Shown here: in pieces, positions 45,785 to 51,038 of the stretch
Layout: each line of letters starts with the position of its first letter
Numbering within the stretch: the stretch's first letter is position 1
NCBI GenBank assembly: GCA_944372215.1
Contig: CALVYL010000002.1
Span: forward strand, 1-51,038
From: an uncultured Bacilli bacterium
GTDB lineage: Bacteria; Bacillota_I; Bacilli_A; RF39; UBA660
Direction: 5' to 3'
Length of the DNA: 51,038 nucleotides
The notes under the pieces: model-generated
Told to the model about the DNA's origin: nothing
The model's database searches: none
The model's input: the letters and a program-made list of their open reading frames with translations, nothing else
Program-made: the position numbers and the translations under genes

Positions 45785-46183
45785 TCACCAAATAATTGCT
45801 ACAATTTTAGGTAAAAAGATAAATAAACAAATTACCGCTGAAGCAACACCACTTACAAAAGCTGCAGCAGAACCACAATCTTTAGCAATTTTAGCTAAAG
45901 GATGTATTTCTTTAGTAACTAAATCAACCACTGCTTCAATCGCCGTATTAAGTAATTCAATTGCTAAAACTACTACAAAAGCTACAATAATAACTGCCCA
46001 TTCATAAAAATTAATTTCCAAAATTAGCCCCAAGATGATTGCTAAAATAGCTCCAGCTCCATGCAACCATAAACTTTGTTCATTTCGATAGGCGTGATTT
46101 AAACCTTCAATTGAATATTTAACACTGTTTAAAAATCTTTTAAATCCCATCTTCTTGTGTTCTTCTTGTTTCTTCAAACTCAT
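45785..46183 (-). CDS. dgkA: Diacylglycerol/undecaprenol kinase DgkA
   Basis: RNEQS...ELLNTAIEAVVD...AKDCGSAA motifs and three TM segments. Overlaps the ybeY 3' end by 44 nt. Confidence 0.85.
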   Translation of the reverse strand: MSLKKQEEHKKMGFKRFLNSVKYSIEGLNHAYRNEQSLWLHGAGAILAIILGLILEINFYEWAVIIVAFVVVLAIELLNTAIEAVVDLVTKEIHPLAKIAKDCGSAAAFVSGVASAVICLFIFLPKIVAIIW

Positions 46184-46604
46184 TTAATACCAACTCCTGC
46201 TTTTCAAACATTTCTTTTTCTTCTTCTATTCCTAAAGTATGATCATATCCCAGCAGATGTAAAAGTCCATGAACTACTAAAAATGCCAACTCTCTTTTTT
46301 TACTATGACCATAATCTTTAGCTTGCTCTTGCATCTTCGGTATAGATACATATATCTCACCGAGCTGCCTTATATTATAACAAATTTTATTGTTATCTTC
46401 AAATGCAAATGATAATACATCAGTTGTTCTATCAATTCCCCGATAATTTTTATTAAGCTCATACATCTTTTCATCATCAATAAAAACAATCGAAAAATTA
46501 GAAGATGTAACCCCTTCCAACTCGAGAGTTCTATCAATTATTTGATATAAAAAATCATAATCAAAATTACATCCATATTCATCAATTATTTTATAATCAT
46601 TCAT
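46140..46604 (-). CDS. ybeY: rRNA maturation endoribonuclease YbeY
   Basis: HGLLHLLGYDH zinc motif. 154 aa. Confidence 0.95.
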   Translation of the reverse strand: MNDYKIIDEYGCNFDYDFLYQIIDRTLELEGVTSSNFSIVFIDDEKMYELNKNYRGIDRTTDVLSFAFEDNNKICYNIRQLGEIYVSIPKMQEQAKDYGHSKKRELAFLVVHGLLHLLGYDHTLGIEEEKEMFEKQELVLNEFEETRRTQEDGI

Positions 46605-47221
46605 AAAACACTAAATACTCCCATAACACTCAATATATATAATACCATAATTACAATTATTAGCAAACAAATTATATTATAAATATTATCATTTTTTAGC
46701 AATCCCGGCAGATGTTTATAAATAGCACTACAACCAACATACATTAAGTAGCCGAGCAATCCTCCTAAAACATTTAATATAACATCATCAACATCAAAAC
46801 TACGACCAATATTAAGTTGAACAAATTCCACAGTAATACTTACAAGTAATGATATTACAAATGGTGCTAAAGCTGTTTTGGGTTTGATATAACATGATAC
46901 TATTAAACCAAAAATTAAAAATGCACAAATATTTCCTACTACATTATAAATAAATAACCTACTACCAAATTCATAGCGCATTATTTCTTGAAAGGGAACA
47001 ATATTATAACCACTACCCTCATTTAATTCTACTTTAGTTAAAAGTTGAAATAATAGGAAAATATAACAAATCGATATAATCATCATAAATTCTTTATAAA
47101 AACTTAATTTTTCGCGATGATTTCTAAAATAAAAGAATCTTACTAATATCATTGTTATTATAAATATTATTAATACTGGTAAGTTATCACTTAATATTGA
47201 TTTAATAGTATTTAGAAACAT
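46601..47221 (-). CDS. VanZ-family membrane protein
   Basis: VPFQEI..., NVVGNICAFLIFG, EFVQLNIGRSFDVDDVILNVLGG motifs. ATG at 47221 (AAGGGA SD) is preferred over the track start 47239. Confidence 0.75.
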   Translation of the reverse strand: MFLNTIKSILSDNLPVLIIFIITMILVRFFYFRNHREKLSFYKEFMMIISICYIFLLFQLLTKVELNEGSGYNIVPFQEIMRYEFGSRLFIYNVVGNICAFLIFGLIVSCYIKPKTALAPFVISLLVSITVEFVQLNIGRSFDVDDVILNVLGGLLGYLMYVGCSAIYKHLPGLLKNDNIYNIICLLIIVIMVLYILSVMGVFSVL

Positions 47222-47222
47222 T

Positions 47223-48374
47223 TTAATCAATCCCTTCATTCAAATCTAATGTTATTTTTTGTTCTATACTTATTAACTCTTTAACTATTACAAATACCTC
47301 TATATCCATTGTACTATTATTTACTACTTTTTTCAAAACTTTTTTATCAATTATTTCATCTTTCTCACCAAGTTTTATTTCAACATTCTCAATTGCTTTA
47401 TTTATACCCACCTCCAAAGCCTCATCTTCACTGTATTTTTTACTAATTTTCTCCGTTTCCATTTCTGTTTCAATATACAAATTAAAATCAAATATTTTAA
47501 ATACATTTTTTAAATTACTATTATAGCTATCAAACCTGTCTCTTAATATTTGATGTTTATTTTCATTATATTCCCAAATAATATTATATTTTTTAGCCCC
47601 AGTTTCTATATATTCTGTATACTCAAAAGGAATTTTTACATCAACTGTATACCAAGTAGTGGCATAAACCTCTCCACTAGCACAAGTCACCCTTTTAGTT
47701 TCATCATTATAGGTAATAACTCCTCCAACTAAAACATCCCCTTCATTAACATAATCATTAATATTTACTTTAACCTCACCTTGTTCAACTAATATATCAT
47801 TAATAATACCAGACTTACTTGCAACTAAATTACATATTTTATCATCTTTACTAGTATCAGTGATAATCCTCTCTTCTATGCGGACATTAATAATCATGCC
47901 ATCAACATCAAATTCCATCCAATCTAATCTATTTGGATATTTATCTAAAATTTCATTTCTTATTTTATCTAATTCTTTATATTTTTTCTTAAAACTTAAT
48001 ACTTTTATTCCATATTCATCTAATTCATCCTTTATTATTTCTCTAATTTCACTATTTTCATGTATTATATTTATTTTAATTACTAAATTACTTAAAATTA
48101 AAAATAAAACTCCACCCAGTAATATACATATGAAAAATATATAATTGTTTTTTATTTTTTTAAATAAATTATATACACCTATTTCCTTAACTATACTAAA
48201 TTTATAACTAACTAAATATTTATTTAACTTATCTAAATACTTATTTTCTATTTTTAAATAAATATATTTATTTTCATATTTTATTTCTAATACCTTAATT
48301 TTAATACATTGTAATTTATTAATAAACTTATAATAATCATCACACTTACATTTTACCCATATAATTTTATTCAT
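47223..48374 (-). CDS. yqfD: Sporulation protein YqfD
   Basis: 383 aa with one central TM. Position immediately after yqfC with an 8-nt overlap. General YqfD pattern. Confidence 0.75.
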   Translation of the reverse strand: MNKIIWVKCKCDDYYKFINKLQCIKIKVLEIKYENKYIYLKIENKYLDKLNKYLVSYKFSIVKEIGVYNLFKKIKNNYIFFICILLGGVLFLILSNLVIKINIIHENSEIREIIKDELDEYGIKVLSFKKKYKELDKIRNEILDKYPNRLDWMEFDVDGMIINVRIEERIITDTSKDDKICNLVASKSGIINDILVEQGEVKVNINDYVNEGDVLVGGVITYNDETKRVTCASGEVYATTWYTVDVKIPFEYTEYIETGAKKYNIIWEYNENKHQILRDRFDSYNSNLKNVFKIFDFNLYIETEMETEKISKKYSEDEALEVGINKAIENVEIKLGEKDEIIDKKVLKKVVNNSTMDIEVFVIVKELISIEQKITLDLNEGID

Positions 48375-48612
48375 ATTTAAAACCTACTTTATCTATTATT
48401 CCTTTAATTAACATTTCATTTGGCAACATTTTACTAATAAAAAGATTACTACCATTAACTACTAAATTAAATTCTTTAAATTTTAATTCTATTTTCTTAC
48501 TAGATAAACTAACTAATTCTTCATAATTAAATAAATGGATATATTCATCATAAATATTTATAAAATACTTTTTATCATATAAAAAATTAATAAGGTTATC
48601 TTTCATATGCAT
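48367..48612 (-). CDS. yqfC: Sporulation protein YqfC (YabP family)
   Basis: 81 aa with YabP-like ...LVVNGSNLFISKMLPNEMLIKGIIDKVGF. Upstream of yqfD. Confidence 0.7.
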   Translation of the reverse strand: MHMKDNLINFLYDKKYFINIYDEYIHLFNYEELVSLSSKKIELKFKEFNLVVNGSNLFISKMLPNEMLIKGIIDKVGFKYE

Positions 48613-48644
48613 AATATCACCTTATTAATTATACTAAAATCAAC

Positions 48645-48667
48645 ATAAAAAAAGGACTTAAAAGTCC
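48645..48667 (-). terminator. Rho-independent terminator after the small TasA-like gene
   Basis: GGACT-TAAA-AGTCC hairpin (48654-48667) followed on the minus strand by a T9 run (complement of 48645-48653). Confidence 0.7.
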
Positions 48668-48705
48668 ATTTTTTATTTCGTATACATTTAATACTTAACC
48701 AATCA

Positions 48706-49443
48706 TTAAGGATTTGATGGTGTATTATCAGCATCACAAGTACCAGCAACTTTATTAAATGTTAATGTACCAGTGAATGTTTTACCAGTATTAACCGCAC
48801 CAGAACCTTCAGGACCTGGATTAGATTGGTCAACATCTAAGTTTTCAAATGTAACAGTAACATTAAATGTATCTCTAGCAGTTTCACCAGCAGCAGCGTG
48901 TAACTTATGAACATAACTAGCTCCACCTTCGGCAGTTGGAACATAATATGTTTCAGGTCCATCAGCAGTTAAGTCACCAACAGAACTCTTATCAGCTGGT
49001 AAAGCAATCATATCAGCTTGTGCAGTAGTTGCATCACTATCAGCAACAGTACCAGTTTCTTTTGTAACGTGTAATGTTAATTCTGGTGTTTCTGTAGTGT
49101 TAAGTGCAGTATATGCAAAGTCATTTACAGTTGATGTTAAAGTTAAAGAATAACACAAGTATGCATCAGCATCAGCACTTGCAGTAAGTGTTGCTGTAGC
49201 TGTTGCTGTATCAGCCTTATCTCCGCCACCTTGTTTAAAGTCATCTGCTGCAACATTGATAGCTATATCTTTGTTAATGTAGAAAGTTTCAGAAACTTGA
49301 GAACCAGTTGTTACATTAACATTTCTAGTAGTCGTACCTCCTTGTTGTGCTGTGAAGTATGCAAATGTTGCACCTACAACTGCAACTAATAATGTTGCTA
49401 CTGCGATTACTGTTAATAGAATCGTATTTTTTCTGTTATCCAT
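48706..49443 (-). CDS. TasA/camelysin-superfamily-like secreted protein with SipW-type signal peptide (Thr/Ala/Asp-rich, probable abundant fibre or surface subunit)
   Basis: N-terminus MDNRKNTILLTVIAVATLLVAVVGATFAYFTAQQ matches the ...GGGTFAYFSD class of SipW-dependent signals. Strong SD GGAGGAG. About 40% G+C against about 28% for neighbours. Has its own promoter and terminator. Confidence 0.6.
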   Translation of the reverse strand: MDNRKNTILLTVIAVATLLVAVVGATFAYFTAQQGGTTTRNVNVTTGSQVSETFYINKDIAINVAADDFKQGGGDKADTATATATLTASADADAYLCYSLTLTSTVNDFAYTALNTTETPELTLHVTKETGTVADSDATTAQADMIALPADKSSVGDLTADGPETYYVPTAEGGASYVHKLHAAAGETARDTFNVTVTFENLDVDQSNPGPEGSGAVNTGKTFTGTLTFNKVAGTCDADNTPSNP

Positions 49444-49467
49444 TCTTTTCTCTCCTCCTCTATTCTA

Positions 49468-49496
49468 ATATTAGCAAAAAACTTTTATAAAATCAA
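49468..49496 (-). promoter_or_regulatory. Sigma-A promoter of the small TasA-like gene
   Basis: Minus strand TTGATT (49491-49496), 17-nt spacer, TAATAT (49468-49473). Confidence 0.5.
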
Positions 49497-49525
49497 CAGT
49501 TTTTTTCACTTTTTTATCACTTTTT

Positions 49526-50662
49526 TTAATTTAACGTCAAACTATAAGTTTGATTAGTTGTATCTAGGCTAATATTTAAGCCACTAACATCTTCTACTCC
49601 CCCACCAGTAAAGGTATATGTTGGAGCCAAACTATAACTGGTACCACTATTAAAGGTCACCTCAGTTGAATAAGTATCAATATCATTTACATCTATTATT
49701 TTAGCTATAGTTGTTTTATAAGTATTGGCAACTGCAAAAATATTAGACGTACTATTAAATGTTGTTCCATTACTAATTAAAGAATTACTAGTACCCTCTA
49801 CTACTGTTAAATTTCCTTTATAAGTTATGCCATTATAAGTTATATCCAGATTATATGTACCCGGATATAATCCACTTATGGTATAATTACCCGAAGCATC
49901 AGTCGTGCTAGTTACCGAACCATTTTGAACAGACACAACTGCTCCATTTAAAGCGCTACCCCCACTACTTACAGTTCCCGATAAATTATACGCCATCTTA
50001 GCATTTTCTACCTCAGCAATGATTTCTGCATTTAAGTAAAAAAATGTATAACTAGCGGCAGGTATAGCTTTATCCGACAACCACATTTTAACCTTATATG
50101 TTTTGGTGGCATTACCACTAGAGGTAGATCCGACAGTATCAAATAAAATTGCATACCTATTATATCTTGAATCACTACTATTTACCTCATATATAGGCAA
50201 CTCTGCTACTGCTGTTGGTTCAACTACTAAAGTATCTACTCCTCCGCTATGCTCATAAACAGCTACCATAACATAATCAAGTGGTGTTAACTCATCTGTA
50301 TCTTGGTAAGTAGTTCTTGCTGTAAAATTATCCATATCATAACCAACGGTTAAAGTAAATGTCGAATCAAGTGACCCGGTATTCTGAATATAAATTAAAC
50401 TATTATCTGTATCTTTTAATCCCATTTCATCAGACATCGATTGCATTTGTCCTTTATCCATAGATGTTGATGCATTAGTGTAGGAAACTGCTAAAGTTCC
50501 TGTTGTAACAGTTTGATTATCACTATTAGTCTTTACTGAAAAGAAAGCTCCATAAGAATAACCAATAGTGGATATAGTTAAAACCAATACACAACAAGCA
50601 ATCAAAAAATTCCTTTTCTTGACAAATTTAGTTATTTTATCAAAATCTATCTTTTTTTTCAT
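49526..50662 (-). CDS. Large TasA/camelysin-like protein with SipW-type signal and C-terminal CarboxypepD_reg-like Ig domain
   Basis: ...LTISTIGYSYGAFFSVKTNSDNQTVTTGTLAVS... parallels the TasA/CalY pattern AYFSD...TF..GTLDL. IYIQNTGSLDSTFTL resembles the N.GSL motif. GTVSSGGSALNGAVVSVQNGSVTSTTDASGNYTISGLYPGTYNL is a carboxypeptidase-regulatory-like fold signature. Confidence 0.6.
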   Translation of the reverse strand: MKKKIDFDKITKFVKKRNFLIACCVLVLTISTIGYSYGAFFSVKTNSDNQTVTTGTLAVSYTNASTSMDKGQMQSMSDEMGLKDTDNSLIYIQNTGSLDSTFTLTVGYDMDNFTARTTYQDTDELTPLDYVMVAVYEHSGGVDTLVVEPTAVAELPIYEVNSSDSRYNRYAILFDTVGSTSSGNATKTYKVKMWLSDKAIPAASYTFFYLNAEIIAEVENAKMAYNLSGTVSSGGSALNGAVVSVQNGSVTSTTDASGNYTISGLYPGTYNLDITYNGITYKGNLTVVEGTSNSLISNGTTFNSTSNIFAVANTYKTTIAKIIDVNDIDTYSTEVTFNSGTSYSLAPTYTFTGGGVEDVSGLNISLDTTNQTYSLTLN

Positions 50663-50750
50663 AGCCTCACCCTAATCTAATTCTAACACATATTTTAAAT
50701 AAAAAAAAGAAAATCATACTTTTTTTCTTTTTTTATTTACATAAATCATA

Positions 50751-51014
50751 TTAAACTACCAATGATTCTATTTCATTTAAACTTAAGCCTGTGTATTTGT
50801 TCACAATTTCTACTGATAAACCATCTTTTAACATTTTCTTAGCTGTTTCAATTTTTCCTAGCTCAATTCCTTCGGTCTTTCCTTCACTCCTAGCTATCCT
50901 CCTGGCATTCCTAAGAGCTGATTCTTCGTGATTTAATAAATTTTGATTATTTGGATCACTCGTAAATTCTTTCGCATATGCTATGGTCTTTTCTAACTTT
51001 TCTTCGTCAGTCAT
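50751..51014 (-). CDS. Free-standing Rpn-family C-terminal domain protein (87 aa)
   Basis: ...ESALRNARRIARSEGKTEGIELGKIETAKKMLKDGLSVEIVNKYTGLSLNEIESL matches the helical tail of Rpn/PD-(D/E)XK 'transposase' proteins. GGTGGTGA SD upstream. An in-frame TAA lies immediately before the ATG. Confidence 0.6.
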   Translation of the reverse strand: MTDEEKLEKTIAYAKEFTSDPNNQNLLNHEESALRNARRIARSEGKTEGIELGKIETAKKMLKDGLSVEIVNKYTGLSLNEIESLVV

Positions 51015-51038
51015 TTAATTCACCACCAAATTATTTAA

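Noticed and set aside
47550-48144. Plus-strand ORFs 47550..47732 and 47860..48144 antisense to yqfD
   Set aside because: They are shadow ORFs with low-complexity products, and the yqfD frame is supported by synteny with yqfC.
1-51038. Possibility of a Mollicutes-type genetic code (TGA = Trp), given the very low G+C
   Set aside because: More than 30 conserved proteins (AckA, Tkt, ParC/ParE, GlyRS, Era, EF-P and others) are full length in the standard-code ORF track. Trp in hand-translated genes is TGG. None of the stop codons I checked by hand was TGA (all TAA, plus TAG for the pilin), and I saw no in-frame TGA interruption.
1-51038. CRISPR arrays, prophage, ICE/T4SS, integrases, restriction-modification or other recognisable defence islands
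   Set aside because: I saw no regularly spaced direct repeats. I recognised no integrase or recombinase, capsid, terminase, VirB4/VirD4-like, methyltransferase or reverse-transcriptase motifs in any listed ORF.

Overview
This is a 51-kb chromosomal window from a very AT-rich, standard-code, endospore-forming Bacillota, Bacilli/Erysipelotrichia-like by gene content. Hand counts of typical coding lines give about 28% G+C. I call about 62 protein genes and 3 tRNAs, and all but seven genes lie on the minus strand. Most of the window is housekeeping with Bacillus-like synteny blocks: ackA-nrnA-recX, ezrA-cysteine desulfurase-thiI, rpmG-efp, yqfT-like/nfo, ylbD-ylbE-like, parE-parC, tkt-sirA-like-yneF, sepF-divIVA-like, cdsA-rseP, and yqfC-yqfD-(vanZ)-ybeY-dgkA-era-yqzL-recO ... 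glyQS. Sporulation genes are scattered through it: an orphan spoIIIAH-like gene, gerE, a gerM-like gene, yqfC/yqfD and ylbD/E-like genes. Five pieces of non-backbone content deserve a second look. (1) Two otherwise unrelated exported proteins (1241..2173 and 6851..7846) share a roughly 105-aa two-helix membrane hairpin with a conserved CxxCLL[DE]P cysteine tail. In one the module is C-terminal. In the other it is N-terminal and fused to a C39-like peptidase, and that gene is wedged into the desulfurase-thiI pair. (2) A two-gene TasA/camelysin-like locus (48706..50662) carries SipW-type signal peptides, and its small subunit gene is a strong compositional outlier at about 40% G+C. No signal peptidase gene is in the window. 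(3) An orphan type IV prepilin gene has its own consensus promoter and terminator. (4) An extremely AT-rich HExxH gene is inserted between recO/tdk and glyQS. (5) A full-length Rpn/PD-(D/E)XK nuclease gene is present, plus a free-standing ORF that encodes only the Rpn C-terminal domain. I saw no CRISPR array, prophage, integrase, T4SS ATPase or recognisable defence island. All family calls rest on motifs recognised by eye and recalled from memory, because no searches could be run. Start codons were adjusted where the ORF track's first codon sits inside a Shine-Dalgarno (SD) sequence or a terminator.
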